A stretch of DNA of 63,218 bases, filler included, from Candidatus Sysuiplasma jiujiangense (GCA_019721075.1; 10 parts of 10 records of this genome joined end to end with filler, not necessarily neighbours in it); one strand, 5' to 3'; shown: positions 40,200 to 51,407, counted from the first letter of the whole stretch. A program made the numbers and translations. Notes: generated by a model from the sequence alone, not told the origin.

Positions 40200-41363
40200 A
40201 TGAAAACAAACACAAGACTTTGGGTAATAATAATAGGCTTGCTTATTGTCTTCGCAGGTGCATTTGGTATCCTCGTCATTGGCGGGGAAGCTGCGCAGGC
40301 AAAAAGCAACGGCGGTTTGAACGTAGTAAAGGACTATAACGTTGGAAATGAGGTATCCGAGATTTGGGGCCTCAATACGACAGCGCACACATGGAAGCAG
40401 GCGACCCTCACGGGAGCAGGGACAGATGCCATAACGGCGACATTCCCCGTGAAGTTCACGGTCGATCGGGTCATAATAATGACCGACAATGCCTCTCAAT
40501 CCGTGTATGATCTCCTGGTAAAGAGTGCGTATTATGAGTACACCGACCTGACAAGTTCCGGCGGAAAGATAACGAACCTGTACCAGTATTTCGGCCAGTA
40601 TGTCAACGACTCCGGCACGACCTCGATAAGCGACAAGGGCATAACAGGATATGCACTGAACTTCTCGCTCTACGGTCCGAGCACGGATCTCTTTGGCCAT
40701 AACCCGGCTGTCAACCTTCTACAGCTATTCGCATCCCCATGGTCCGGAACGGCACAGTACCAGCTGCAAGTCAATTCAACGGTAAATGCAACAACGGCAT
40801 TCAGCTTCACCTTTACGCAATACTTTGAATCATCCGTGAGCTTCAACCTCGTGGATCTCGTCAGCTATTTCATGCTTGCCTTCCTCCTGCTGGGAACGCT
40901 CTTCCTGTGGTACGCCACACCTGAGCACTACGGCGATGAGGAAGAAAGATCAGCAGCAAAGCAGGCTCGGAATGAGCTTCCGCTTGCAATCATAATAGGT
41001 GCGGTAGGCCTGTTCATCTTCGCGGTAGTCGGTGAGATGGGAAACATATCTCCGCTCTTCGGCTACGGCGGTGCAACGATGGGCCTGCTCGTTGGAGGAT
41101 TGCTCACATTCGCCTACACGGCAGTCGCCACAAGGCAGAAATACCACTACACGGCGTTCGTCTTCCTGGTTGGCGAGGCTCTGGGCATACTCCTCAACAT
41201 ACTGGTGCCTGATGGAACAATCTACGCGAACTATGCCGCATCGGCGAACGTCCTTGGATCTCTCCTTGGATGGTACGTTGTGGTATTCGCCCTATTCGTG
41301 ACGGTCATCGGCGTGCTGAACACGAAGAGGTACAAGCTGCGTCCAAGAGAGCACAGGGAGTGA
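40200..41363 (+). CDS. Multi-pass membrane protein with ectodomain, allele 2
   Basis: About four amino-acid differences from 19927-21090. Confidence 0.85.
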   Translation: MKTNTRLWVIIIGLLIVFAGAFGILVIGGEAAQAKSNGGLNVVKDYNVGNEVSEIWGLNTTAHTWKQATLTGAGTDAITATFPVKFTVDRVIIMTDNASQSVYDLLVKSAYYEYTDLTSSGGKITNLYQYFGQYVNDSGTTSISDKGITGYALNFSLYGPSTDLFGHNPAVNLLQLFASPWSGTAQYQLQVNSTVNATTAFSFTFTQYFESSVSFNLVDLVSYFMLAFLLLGTLFLWYATPEHYGDEEERSAAKQARNELPLAIIIGAVGLFIFAVVGEMGNISPLFGYGGATMGLLVGGLLTFAYTAVATRQKYHYTAFVFLVGEALGILLNILVPDGTIYANYAASANVLGSLLGWYVVVFALFVTVIGVLNTKRYKLRPREHRE

Positions 41364-41368
41364 TCTGA

Positions 41369-41651
41369 TTGGCAGATGAGGAAGAGGAAGTATCTTCGGG
41401 CTTCGAGCTGACGACAGACGAGATTTTCATTCTCGTAGCCGTCGTGCTTGCGGCAGCTGTCTTCCTCGCCTTATACCTGGACCAGCAGGCAGTTGCGGGA
41501 ATCGGTGTGGGGATCGTCTCTGGCTTCGCATCCCCTATCACCGCGTTCTTCAACGGCATAGCACAGGCAATATCCTCGTTCTTCAACTGGATAAGCCATG
41601 CGCTGTCGAACCTGTGGGTCCTGAAGGCCCGGTTATATATGATCGTGCTTT
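41369..41651 (+). CDS. Small TM/amphipathic protein, allele 2 (3' truncated)
   Basis: Matches 21096-21413. Confidence 0.75.
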
Positions 41652-41751
41652 NNNNNNNNNNNNNNNNNNNNNNNNNNNNNNNNNNNNNNNNNNNNTTAAT
41701 TAATTAANNNNNNNNNNNNNNNNNNNNNNNNNNNNNNNNNNNNNNNNNNNN

Positions 41752-41925
41752 TTCGCTAATCAAGGAGATGCATGACGGTTTCGATGCTGCAAATAAGAAA
41801 TTTGCGGAGCATGACAGGAAATTCGATTCGCTAATCAAGGAGATGCATGACGGTTTCGATGCTGCAAATAAGAAATTTGCGGAGCATGACAGGAAATTCG
41901 ATTCGCTAATCAAGGAGATGCATGA
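41752..41925 (+). repeat. 75-bp in-frame tandem repeat (at least 2.3 copies)
   Basis: Units start at 41752, 41827 and 41902 and encode SLIKEMHDGFDAANKKFAEHDRKFD. Confidence 0.92.
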
Positions 41926-42319
41926 TGGCTTTGCGGTCGCCAGCAAGGAACGGAGTTCCCTGGGAAATACACTTGGCAAGCTAATCGAGAACAGGGTTGC
42001 AGACAGGGTCGAGGACTTTGCCGAAAAGAGAGGCTGGAAAATATCCTCACGAACAGTGAGTGAAGGCGAAGAAGTGGATCTGATGGTTCGCGACGGCCTC
42101 AAATTTTTCGTTGAAACGAAATCACATGCGGATAGAGACGCACTCGAGCAGACACTCAGAAAGGCGAAGAAGCTGAAGATGCCGGGGATTCTCGTCGGTG
42201 AGAGGATGGACAGGGGTGTTGTCAAAGAGGCGAAACTGAAAAATCTCCTCTGTCTGAATCTTAGGGAATTCAGGAACGCCCTTGAATCTGGGAAGATTGA
42301 AAGATTCCTCTCAAAGTGA
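41752..42319 (+). CDS. Coiled-coil repeat protein with C-terminal PD-(D/E)xK-like domain (5' truncated)
   Basis: 25-aa repeats followed by GKLIE..EVDLMV..FFVETK. Confidence 0.75.
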
Positions 42320-42517
42320 TGACGCTTTTGCTCCTGAAATTCACTGGCAACGGCGATATCCTGTAATGCCGTGCACATTGCAGCCTATTCAAACCTGTCT
42401 TCCAGCAGGTTCCTGATTCCTGTCTAAACCGAAACAGCTTTCATTTTCCAGCCAAAAAGCAGATCTATGTGGCATAAAATTTAGTATACCAACTGCATTT
42501 TCAGCCAATTTCGGTTA

Positions 42518-43393
42518 GTGGAGGAATACGTCACGGTGAACGGTGTCGGAGCGGTCCAAAATAGGTTTTCCGAATTCTGTGAATCAACCGAGTCGCCCAA
42601 TATGTTCGCGGCTTTTGATTCATTCAAATCAAAGCCGGCAGGAATTTCGCTCGTTATCCCGGCATATAATGAAGCGGACAGAATAGGAAATGCTCTAGAC
42701 GCCTACCTGCAGGTACTGCAGTCCATTGGCCTCCCCTATGAAGTAAATGTAATAATGGACGGAACTGACAATACACCTGAAATTGTTGCCCGCTATTCGG
42801 AGAGAGGTGTTCTGGGTTACAGGCATAGTGCCAAACTGGGAAAGGGAGGCGCGATCATTGAAGGGCTGAAGAAGGCCAGTTACAATGTCACCGGCTATGT
42901 TGACGCGGATGGCAGTCTTTCGCCCGAGAGCCTGAAGACGATGCTTCGTTATGTGAATGATTACGACTGCGTTGTAGGTTCAAGATGGATAGATGGCAGC
43001 AGGTGGAACAGGGAGGAACCCGTCCCAAACAGGATTGCAAGCAGACTGTTCAATGTGCTTGTTCGCGGCCTGCTTGGCCTTCCCCTGCGTGATACCCAGT
43101 GCGGAGCCAAGCTATTCAGGACAGAGATAGTCGGCGAACTGCTTTCGAAGACAGTTGTTACAAACAGAACTTTCGATATCGCAATACTTTATCATGCGTG
43201 GAGAGGCGGCAAACGCATCGTTGAAGTTCCCGTGACCTGGACGCATGATGACCGGACGAGAATGCCGATTTTGCGCGTCATACCAATAATGTTTGTCACT
43301 CTCGTCGGTGTAAGACTGATGAACCTGCCTGTGAGAAAATACATTCCGAGAATCGTAATTGATTTTTTCATAAGGAAATATGCCAGCGACTGA
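42518..43393 (+). CDS. Glycosyltransferase family 2 (dolichyl-phosphate hexosyltransferase-like)
   Basis: SLVIPAYNEA, GKGGAI, YVDADG, VVGSRW, DTQCGAKLF, EVPVTW. Confidence 0.92.
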   Translation: MEEYVTVNGVGAVQNRFSEFCESTESPNMFAAFDSFKSKPAGISLVIPAYNEADRIGNALDAYLQVLQSIGLPYEVNVIMDGTDNTPEIVARYSERGVLGYRHSAKLGKGGAIIEGLKKASYNVTGYVDADGSLSPESLKTMLRYVNDYDCVVGSRWIDGSRWNREEPVPNRIASRLFNVLVRGLLGLPLRDTQCGAKLFRTEIVGELLSKTVVTNRTFDIAILYHAWRGGKRIVEVPVTWTHDDRTRMPILRVIPIMFVTLVGVRLMNLPVRKYIPRIVIDFFIRKYASD

Positions 43394-43481
43394 AGAGTGG
43401 TAAAATTTATTTAGCAACTCTCGGAATATCCCTGGTCTGCGGTCCTGAGGAAGCCGCCTGCAATAAGGAGAAAGTCTGATA

Positions 43482-44882
43482 ATGGCGAAGATCGTTTCCA
43501 GAAAGACTGCTGCCCTTGCAGTTGCTGTCATAGCCGTTTCTGCAGGTATCCTGGCGGCTGTTGCGCTTGGAAACTCAAACCGTCAGGCATACAAGTACGG
43601 ACCTTCCCCATCGGAACCGTTTCCGGCACTCTGGCAGATGAACACTTCAGGCGCACCGTATCTGCAGAGCCTCCTTTCGGACAATACGTTATTCACAATC
43701 ATCTATGAATCCAATAGCACGCAATCCCTCTCCTCCGGTGCCGATACTGTTCACTGGAACGTCGTGGCACTGTCAGAGTACGGCGGTGCTGCCAGGTGGA
43801 ACAGATCTGTGGTAGTAAGTGAGGAAGGAAACATAAATCCGCAGCTGTCATGGATTCCGGGGAACTTAGTGCTCTCCGGTTACGGATCGTCCGTTACGGT
43901 TAACGGCATTCAGGAAGTGAACGGTTCATCTATTTTTGTGATTGAGTTCAATGCATCAGCCGGAAGCATTGATGGAATAGCTGTCAGGCATATGCCGCCG
44001 GAGTTCGGCATCACGGGCTATCTCATGTTTGCCGGGAATGCCTTGATTTATTCCTTTACCGGTTACGGGAGCGATTACCTTGCCGCAGGATCCATTCCGT
44101 TCTCCAGCGGAGCCGTAGCGGGTTGGTACAGGAATCTGACCGTAACGCCTTCTTCATACAGTGACGGCAGCCTGGCATTTGCAGACAGCAAATTCACTGT
44201 CCTGGCAGCATGGAACGTTATTGCACTCAATACAGACACTGGTGCAACCGTATCCTCCGTACCTTATTCAGCCGTTGGCGCTGATCAAATCAATATTGTC
44301 AACGGCAAACTTATCGGCGGAACGCTCTATTTCATTTCTGAATTCAGCAGTTCTGCCGGTCGCACAGATCTCAATCTCAAAGGGTTGAATCTCGCAACTG
44401 CCAGTATTGACCTGAATGTCACCGTCGGCCATATTGCGGTTCCCAGTTTTCCCGTCTCTGTCCGTGCGATCGGCAACATGCTTATAGCTCCGGTCTTTCC
44501 AGGTCTTACGTACTACGTGCTGAGCTTGACAGGCTCTCTTCTATGGAGCAGCATGCAGGTATCGCAGCGCTTCAACGGTGTGAATGTGAATCTCGGTATT
44601 CCGCAGCTTGCGCTTGCGTCCGGTGAATGGCTGCTCGAACAGTCAGTCAGGACGAATTCAGGTAACAGGAGCGTCACGGGTACAATGGTTGTCTTTCAGG
44701 CTGTCAACGCTTCGGACGGTCAACTCGAATGGAGCAGTTCTTTTACCTACTACTATCCTGTGACTTCTCTCCAGTTCTATCCCCCTGACGAATTTGGACC
44801 CCCGGAGGTGCTGCCGACTGCTTCAGACGGCGCTTATTTCGCATATGACTGGGGAAACAATATCGGCGTTGCAGCCGGCTGA
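43482..44882 (+). CDS. N-terminally anchored extracellular protein, probable PQQ-like beta-propeller
   Basis: Signal/TM; repeated ALxxxTG..LxW motifs (ALNTDTG, LSLTGSLLW, AVNASDGQLEW). Confidence 0.7.
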   Translation: MAKIVSRKTAALAVAVIAVSAGILAAVALGNSNRQAYKYGPSPSEPFPALWQMNTSGAPYLQSLLSDNTLFTIIYESNSTQSLSSGADTVHWNVVALSEYGGAARWNRSVVVSEEGNINPQLSWIPGNLVLSGYGSSVTVNGIQEVNGSSIFVIEFNASAGSIDGIAVRHMPPEFGITGYLMFAGNALIYSFTGYGSDYLAAGSIPFSSGAVAGWYRNLTVTPSSYSDGSLAFADSKFTVLAAWNVIALNTDTGATVSSVPYSAVGADQINIVNGKLIGGTLYFISEFSSSAGRTDLNLKGLNLATASIDLNVTVGHIAVPSFPVSVRAIGNMLIAPVFPGLTYYVLSLTGSLLWSSMQVSQRFNGVNVNLGIPQLALASGEWLLEQSVRTNSGNRSVTGTMVVFQAVNASDGQLEWSSSFTYYYPVTSLQFYPPDEFGPPEVLPTASDGAYFAYDWGNNIGVAAG

Positions 44883-45039
44883 CCGTGCGCATGCAGCGCT
44901 AAATGTTCTCAGTGGTTTCAAAGGGTTGTTCGAAAGAAAACGGCTTCCTGTATTGCCATTACTGCGGTTACGATGCACTGTATGATGCCGTTGCTCATTG
45001 AGGTAACTTTTTATCCCTGATTGGAGTAAAAACTCAAGC

Positions 45040-45507
45040 ATGGAAATCCATCTCCAGCGGAGACCAGGCGGCAGGCCAGTCACCACGAAGACAAATCCGC
45101 ATCAGCAGCTCACTCAGAAAATCGCACCAGAATATCATCCGAAGATACTTGATTTTGCCCGGTCGCTTGCCCATGTGGTTTCAGTGCGGAGCATGATTTC
45201 CGTTCCCGGAGCTGTCGGATTCATACTGGAACCAGAATTTGCGCATGGCCCGCCCGAAAGCTTCATGATAGGCACAGAATTCGCGCATCTTCATCCATTA
45301 TATGACGGCAGCATGCATATGATGCTCCCGGACCATGCTGCCGAATCTGTGATTGCCCATGAATGGGGCGAAGTCCATCCGATGGCGTTGAAGGGATATA
45401 TCCCGCACAACGCAGTGATGGTCTATGCTCCTAGAAACGGGGCTGAGCTCCAGACCGTGATTTCGCTGCTGAATATGTCATATGCCTTTGCATCCGGTGC
45501 ACTTTAA
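45040..45507 (+). CDS. Luciferase-like/DUF5519 family protein
   Basis: PHQQLTQ, SVPGA, EFAHLHPLYDGSMH, WGEVHP, VYAPRN..EL. Confidence 0.75.
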   Translation: MEIHLQRRPGGRPVTTKTNPHQQLTQKIAPEYHPKILDFARSLAHVVSVRSMISVPGAVGFILEPEFAHGPPESFMIGTEFAHLHPLYDGSMHMMLPDHAAESVIAHEWGEVHPMALKGYIPHNAVMVYAPRNGAELQTVISLLNMSYAFASGAL

Positions 45508-45685
45508 GGTGTGCGCATACCACAACAGGCTTAAGCACTGTTTATTGTGGCAGCAGTTTGGCACTCAGAGAACTCATGGGAAGTCCCCTTCCTGATGTGA
45601 CACGGCGGATTCTACAGCCATCCGGATCCGGCTTATCGCTGTTATAATGGAAATGTATAAATCGGTCACAAGACCCTTATCAGGC

Positions 45686-46021
45686 ATGAACTCGTTACAG
45701 ACATTACAGGCAATCACAGAGAAAATCAATAAAGATCCGAGAGCAAGGAAAGACCTTCAGGGCTGGAATACTGTTTTCCAGTTCAATATTGAGGAGGGAG
45801 CAAGATATTTCCTTTCCATCGCCGAGGACGGCAGCGCCCGTGTTGAGGAAGGGGAACATCCGTCAGCGGAAACAAAGCTTTCTTCAAAGGAAGAGGTTAT
45901 GGAGAACATTCTCACCGGGAAGCTTAACGCCATAAGTGCTTTCATGACCGGCAAGCTGAAGGTTTCGGGAAACATCGGGAAGGCGCAGGAACTTGTTTCG
46001 GTGCTCGATCAGCTGAGCTGA
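45686..46021 (+). CDS. SCP2 sterol/lipid-binding domain protein
   Basis: GKLNAISAFMTGKLKVSGN motif. Confidence 0.88.
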   Translation: MNSLQTLQAITEKINKDPRARKDLQGWNTVFQFNIEEGARYFLSIAEDGSARVEEGEHPSAETKLSSKEEVMENILTGKLNAISAFMTGKLKVSGNIGKAQELVSVLDQLS

Positions 46022-46036
46022 GCGGGTTCTGGGAAC

Positions 46037-47383
46037 GTGGTGCAGATGGACAACTCCAGTGTAGCGGTGATAGGCGCCGGAGAGATGGGTCATGGAATTG
46101 CAGAGGTGTTCGCAATCGGCGGATATCGTGTTTTCCTCTGCGACGTGGATAGGAAATACCTCGACAATGCCGTTCGGAGGATAGGCGAAAGCCTGGAAAA
46201 ACTCTCCGCGAAAGGCAGCATAAAGGAAAAGGCTTCGGATGTCGCCGCGAGAATTTCAGTGCACACATCCATTAAGGAGGCAGTGTCGGCTGCCCACCTG
46301 ATTATAGAGGCCGTGCCCGAAAAGGAGGACCTGAAGGCTTCGGTCCTGAAAGAGGCTGAAAAATTCGCGCCTTCCGGCGCGATAATCGCAAGCAACACAT
46401 CGAACATACGCATTACGACGCTTGCCGGCAATCTTGCAGACAGCTCAAGGATGGCGGGCATGCATTTTTTCAATCCGCCTGTTGTAATGAAGCTCGTTGA
46501 GGTGGTCAGGGGTGAGAGCACATCCGATGCTGTCGTAGAAGAAGTGCTGTCAATGCTGAAAAAGCTCGGAAAGACACCGGTTCTGGTTCGCAGGGATACG
46601 CCCGGTTTCATTGTCAATAGAATTAATGCTGCGGACCTTCTGTTCTTCGGTCTGCTTCAGGACAAGGGCGTTGCCACTCCTGAGGAGATCGATGCGTTCG
46701 GCAGGGCGCAGGGTTTGCCTATGGGCCCGTATGAGCTGCTTGACTTCGTCGGCATCGACATAGTCAAGAATTCGCTCGATTATTATGCGGCCGAGCTTTC
46801 ACCGGACTACGGGAAATGCCATGTCTACAATGATCTCTATGCAAAGAAAATGCTGGGCAAAAAAACAGGCAGAGGCTTCTACGACTGGTCTTCGGGTAGG
46901 CCCCGTATCGACAGCTCCAAGGCAACAGACAGAGTGCCGCTCATCGATCTGTTCTCTCTGGAAATAAATGAGGCAGTGAAGCTGCTTGAGGAGGGTGTCG
47001 CATCCCCGGATGAGATCGAGACTGCCGTGAAACTTGGAATGAACAGGCCTTTCGGACCAATCTCGGTTGCAAAGAGTCTTTCGAATGCGGAGGTCAGGGA
47101 ATCGCTTGAAAAACTCTCTTCCACATTCGGCATCGGCATTTTCAAACCCGCCCGATCGATTCAGGAGGGAAAACTGCGGGAGGCAATAGCGGGAAGAATC
47201 CGTGCTTCGAAGGATGAGGCACCGGCCAGGAACACTGCGGAGAGCGGGACATCGCACCCTGCAGATGAAGGCGGCAAGGTCAGGGTCAGCAGGCAGGGAA
47301 AGGTAGCTGTTATCTCGATAGACAATCCGCGGCACAACACACTCGACGCCGAGGTGCTCGCAGGAATGGAGGAGGCCGTCGAT
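46037..47383 (+). CDS. 3-hydroxyacyl-CoA dehydrogenase fused to enoyl-CoA hydratase (3' truncated)
   Basis: GAGEMGHGIA, IEAVPE, ASNTS, GMHFFNP, PGFIVNR, PMGP, LGKKTGRGFY; crotonase start VAVISIDNP..NTL. Confidence 0.93.
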
Positions 47384-47483
47384 NNNNNNNNNNNNNNNNN
47401 NNNNNNNNNNNNNNNNNNNNNNNNNNNTTAATTAATTAANNNNNNNNNNNNNNNNNNNNNNNNNNNNNNNNNNNNNNNNNNNN

Positions 47484-48722
47484 CAACTCCTTGTCGGGTA
47501 TCATCTGGAACTCTATTCCGGCGGTTTCCGCAACGTCAGAAATCATCTGCATGAAATCAATATCGATTTCGAGCGGGATGGTAACATCACGTTCTGTCTC
47601 ATAGAAAGAGAAAGGCAAGTCAGAAGCCGCTTCGGTCAGAACTTTTTCCTCTATTTTCTCAGTTCCATTATACCGCTGAACCTTCATATAGTGCTGCACG
47701 CCGTCTTTGTAGGTCGTCATTACACAGGTTTTTTTGTTTTCCAGCTCAGGATCCTCTTTGTCTGCTCCGAGTTCAACCCGTGCGATGGAAAATTTCCTTG
47801 CATATTGCTGCAATGCGGATGAAAACCTTGAGGCTATGGTTCCTGTTCTATTTGACTCGGCTGTGCTCTTTCCCATTTCATCGGCTACCAGGGTAATGGA
47901 AGCGGAGAAATTTTCTTCCGTTTTTCGGACATCGTCCCGCCAGACCATGAACTCAAAAATCGATGGTGCTGCTCTTTGGGTGAAGAGGTCGGAGAGTTTT
48001 GTTATGTGGTAAATATGCAGAAAATCATCACGGTTTACAGGCAGAGTCGTATATATCCAGTTGCGGAAATCAACAGCGATTTTCATAATTTGTTTTGCGA
48101 GTGTTGATTTTCCTGTTCCCTGCAATCCTTTTATGTATGCATCTGAGTAAAAAGAACCGCCGGACTGTACCAGAAATTCCCTGTATGTCCACGTGGAAAA
48201 GGTTAATGTGGGTGCAGATCGTTCCTGGCCTGTAATCGAAAACCTCGCATAAGCCTCTGGAAATCCCTCAAGTACTCTTTTGTCCATCATGGCGGATGCA
48301 AGCTGCGCGGGTTGCCTGTATGTTATTTCCTGCATTTCCCGTATTGCAGGCATGATCACTTTGTCGATAAACAACTTGTAAAGATTTTCATTTTTCAGGA
48401 TTTCGAGAAGTTCGGTTTCCATTTCCTCAGGGGTCTTGAAATACTTGTTTCCATTGGCTTTGTCTTTATGTATGGGGTCTATGTAAAAAATGGAATCTGG
48501 CGGCATTTCTGTGCACCTGCGGGTTCCGACATTGCGGATAAAGGCTTTGATAACACTTGGTTGCCAGTACCTGTACCACAGGTCAAGCTTCTGGGCTGAT
48601 CCGGCAATTACGGGATGCAAAGTCAGGGAACCGGAAGGCAAGCCTCCGCCATCGTAATGCCTGTTCCCGAGTATGGCGATGCTCTTGTATTCGTCTATAT
48701 CCTTTTTATCGTTCCCTGACAT
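47484..48722 (-). CDS. P-loop ATPase (FtsK/HerA/Zot-like) with long N-terminal extension (3' truncated)
   Basis: Walker A GLQGTGKS, IYTTLP, Walker B ITLVADE, YARKF. Confidence 0.8.
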
Positions 48723-49878
48723 TTATTAACCCCTTTTTGTCCGGTGGCTGTGAAGCCATTTCTGCAGGCTTTCTGAGAAAAGCTTCAAGCTCTCTCAACT
48801 GGTCCGCACCTATGGTGAGTTTTCCTGCAAACACGCTGATAAATTCCGTGAATGCGTTGTTGTATACCCATGGCAACGCAGATTCGAGTGCCAACCCCGT
48901 TATAATCGTGCGAGCCGCTTGGTCTGCGACACTTGAAAGATTGGAAGCGGTGAACAGAGAAGGGTCTTTCATTCTCTCCAACCGTTTTATATTGTGGTAA
49001 TCCTCTGCAAGTGCCACGCCTATGACAAATCTTTTAGTGTATTTCCCGAAATTCTCAAGATTCAGGTATATGGGAGAGTGTTTCAGGCGTTCCACTTCAT
49101 CCGATGCCTCGGTGAGCAGTTCCACACCAAGCTGGAATTTCCTGTTGATTTCCAAAATCTCTTTATGTTCCGGCAGTCCCGTATTCTTCTTTTCCAGCTT
49201 CTTAATGAACTTATCCCATTTTTTTGAGATTTTGGCGAACTTTTCAGATACCGCTTTAACCAGAATGAGCGATGCAAGCCCGGGAATGGGATCGCCTTGC
49301 ACATACCATTTGTGGGGCCTCACTGCACCGATATATGCTGATCTCTTGGTGTTTCTGTCCGTTTCCCGCAGGCATTGCACTAACTGAACCCCTTTGTATG
49401 ATTCGTCATATTTGTTTCCCGTCTTTATGAGCGATTCGGGATAATCCCATATTGATATCGATGTATGCTCTGCCCTCATGTCGTCATATTGTATCTGCTC
49501 GTCCTCGTCATGCGGGTCTATCTTTACGCCTCTTGTGATACGGTGTCCCTCAACCTCAAATACCGCTATGCGTGCCTTGTCTTTCCGTTCCAGCAGGAAT
49601 ACAATAACACAAGCAAAAAATAAACCAATTGTAATTAGTGCCAAAATTACCTGTTCCGTAGTATTGACATTCTTGGCATTTTCCCCCGTGTAGATCAGGA
49701 AGAAAATAAACCCTACGAATAACAGGAACGTTTTCCATCCACCGTTTTTAAGCCCTGTGTAGAAGTCATGCCAGGCTTCGCCCAGTGTCCCCGTAATAGT
49801 TATGTTTACTTTTTCCTCCTTGGTCTTGGTTTTCCGCTCTACGAGTTCCACGGGCACTTGTGAAGCTGAGTCAGTCAT
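48706..49878 (-). CDS. Two-TM protein with large cytoplasmic domain
   Basis: 390 aa; counterpart of 23793-25016. Confidence 0.8.
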   Translation of the reverse strand: MTDSASQVPVELVERKTKTKEEKVNITITGTLGEAWHDFYTGLKNGGWKTFLLFVGFIFFLIYTGENAKNVNTTEQVILALITIGLFFACVIVFLLERKDKARIAVFEVEGHRITRGVKIDPHDEDEQIQYDDMRAEHTSISIWDYPESLIKTGNKYDESYKGVQLVQCLRETDRNTKRSAYIGAVRPHKWYVQGDPIPGLASLILVKAVSEKFAKISKKWDKFIKKLEKKNTGLPEHKEILEINRKFQLGVELLTEASDEVERLKHSPIYLNLENFGKYTKRFVIGVALAEDYHNIKRLERMKDPSLFTASNLSSVADQAARTIITGLALESALPWVYNNAFTEFISVFAGKLTIGADQLRELEAFLRKPAEMASQPPDKKGLINVRER

Positions 49879-49920
49879 TTGTACCGCCTTCCGTTTTTCT
49901 GGACATATGAAGATGTTTCA

Positions 49921-50568
49921 TTATTTCATCCTCTCCGTTTCCTTTTCATAGGGATCATCCTCCATGGGCAATCCCTGCTTGCGTTTCCATGCCCTGTAAA
50001 ATCCTCTGATAGGCTTTACCGTAAGGACAATGGTTATTCCAAGTATCAATCCGCCTACCATGATTTCTTCCCATGGCGGCAGCGGATTGGTAACGATCAC
50101 CGTGCCTTTCTTTGCATTGGCGTAATTGATGTACTGCGTTAATGTTACAACTTGGATGGAAAATATCTCAGTCCTTGATTTTCCGATCACCGATGAGGAT
50201 ATGGTAACTATGAGATCATAAGACCCTGTTGGCAAAGTTGTATTAAAGACATCGGAGACATAAGAACCACCGGAGTGATTCCCGAAGCTTGCAGACAGCA
50301 ATATTGCATTGCCGTTTGAAACCTGTATTGTGGAATTGCCTCTTGACTGCACATACATAGATACAAACTGAGGCAGTACAGAAGTAAAATTGGCATAGGG
50401 ATAGGCGAAACCGAAGCCTGAATATGCAGGGCCAGCAGGAACCTTATCGGGATTTCCAGCTATATAAGCACTCATCCCGTATTCAGGCCCACTAGCCGCA
50501 TGTGAAACTGGAATTGCCAATCCGCCAACAATCAGGATCCCGAATACGATTAACCATGCTGATTTCAC
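49921..50568 (-). CDS. Signal peptide, ectodomain and C-terminal TM protein
   Basis: 215 aa; counterpart of 23135-23806. Confidence 0.8.
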   Translation of the reverse strand: MKSAWLIVFGILIVGGLAIPVSHAASGPEYGMSAYIAGNPDKVPAGPAYSGFGFAYPYANFTSVLPQFVSMYVQSRGNSTIQVSNGNAILLSASFGNHSGGSYVSDVFNTTLPTGSYDLIVTISSSVIGKSRTEIFSIQVVTLTQYINYANAKKGTVIVTNPLPPWEEIMVGGLILGITIVLTVKPIRGFYRAWKRKQGLPMEDDPYEKETERMK

Positions 50569-50799
50569 TCAATCACCCGCCATGAGACCATAGACCATTA
50601 CCATAGCAGCAATTATAAAGGCAACGATTGTAATCATTGACGCCAATGCCGCGGTATTCGAGTAATTGAAAAATGTCGCTATTGAAATTACCGTTCCCTC
50701 AAACAAGCCTGGTTCGGTGTACTGGAAGAACCCGCTGATATAAGCCCAGAAGAAATATACCAGTAAGCCTAATCCCGCTAGAAAAATAAAGAATTTCAG
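50569..50799 (-). CDS. Small two-TM protein, probable CTG start (absent from ORF track)
   Basis: (L)KFFIFLAGLGLLVYFFWAYISGFFQY..GTVISIATFFNYSNT..VYGLMAGD*; fills the gap exactly and aligns with 21705-21932. Confidence 0.75.
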   Translation of the reverse strand: MKFFIFLAGLGLLVYFFWAYISGFFQYTEPGLFEGTVISIATFFNYSNTAALASMITIVAFIIAAMVMVYGLMAGD

Positions 50800-50803
50800 A
50801 AGC

Positions 50804-51184
50804 TCACGCCCCTGAGATCTGCATGTAAATTATATGAGGGGCAATGTACAGGGATGTAAGCCATTTCCAGAAGTTCTGGAATGCATTTGATAGGCCGGTT
50901 CCTCCTGATGTCGCAGCCGAGGTTAAGCCTGTTCCAATAGTCGTAAACGCACCATTTATGAGATTTGTAAAGCCTGTGGTTATGGCTCCGCCTATGGCAT
51001 AAACAGCATTGGTCATGACTGTCGGAATTGAGGAAAAAAACCCTACAACTGCGGATATGAAACCTAATCCTATGGTTCCGATCTGGCTTCTGAACAGAAT
51101 AAAAGCGATTACGACCGATGCAACAAGAATTATAATCATGGCGGGGAACAGCAGGGATGTTGCCGCTGCCGTATCATTTGCCAT
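50804..51184 (-). CDS. Small TM plus long amphipathic helix protein, putative virion protein
   Basis: 126 aa; resembles 21096-21413 and 21418-21705. Confidence 0.75.
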   Translation of the reverse strand: MANDTAAATSLLFPAMIIILVASVVIAFILFRSQIGTIGLGFISAVVGFFSSIPTVMTNAVYAIGGAITTGFTNLINGAFTTIGTGLTSAATSGGTGLSNAFQNFWKWLTSLYIAPHIIYMQISGA

Positions 51185-51206
51185 GAGCTTTCTTTTCAGA
51201 AAATCC

Positions 51207-51407
51207 CTAATCGTATTTCCTCTCCCCCTTGTTTCTTTTCTTCCGGTAAGTTCTTGGCTTTGTATTAGGAGATTTGCCGTTAAATCCCCAGCCGTGTGAG
51301 GGCCTCATACGTTTGCCCTCTCTCTGGTCCGGGCTCATGTTTTTCCATTTTTTTGAGCCTTTGAGAGCATTCTTCCGGTCTGCCTTTCTCTGTTTTGCAG
51401 AGGTCAT
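51207..51407 (-). CDS. Small very basic protein, putative nucleic-acid-binding virion protein
   Basis: 66 aa, K/R-rich; ATGA-coupled to the upstream gene. Confidence 0.7.
   Translation of the reverse strand: MTSAKQRKADRKNALKGSKKWKNMSPDQREGKRMRPSHGWGFNGKSPNTKPRTYRKKRNKGERKYD

Larger units (their letters stand above)
35464..41651 (+). mobile_element. Fragment of putative (pro)virus variant B', second allele of the Tat cassette region
   Basis: Colinear with 15211-21378, with many synonymous differences. Confidence 0.65.

Noticed and set aside
35464..41651. Contig 6 as a pure assembly duplicate of contig 3
   Set aside because: Many synonymous changes, indels and a swapped domain show a distinct allele; whether both are in one cell cannot be told.
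41752..41925. 75-bp repeat as a CRISPR array
   Set aside because: No spacers; it is an in-frame coding repeat.
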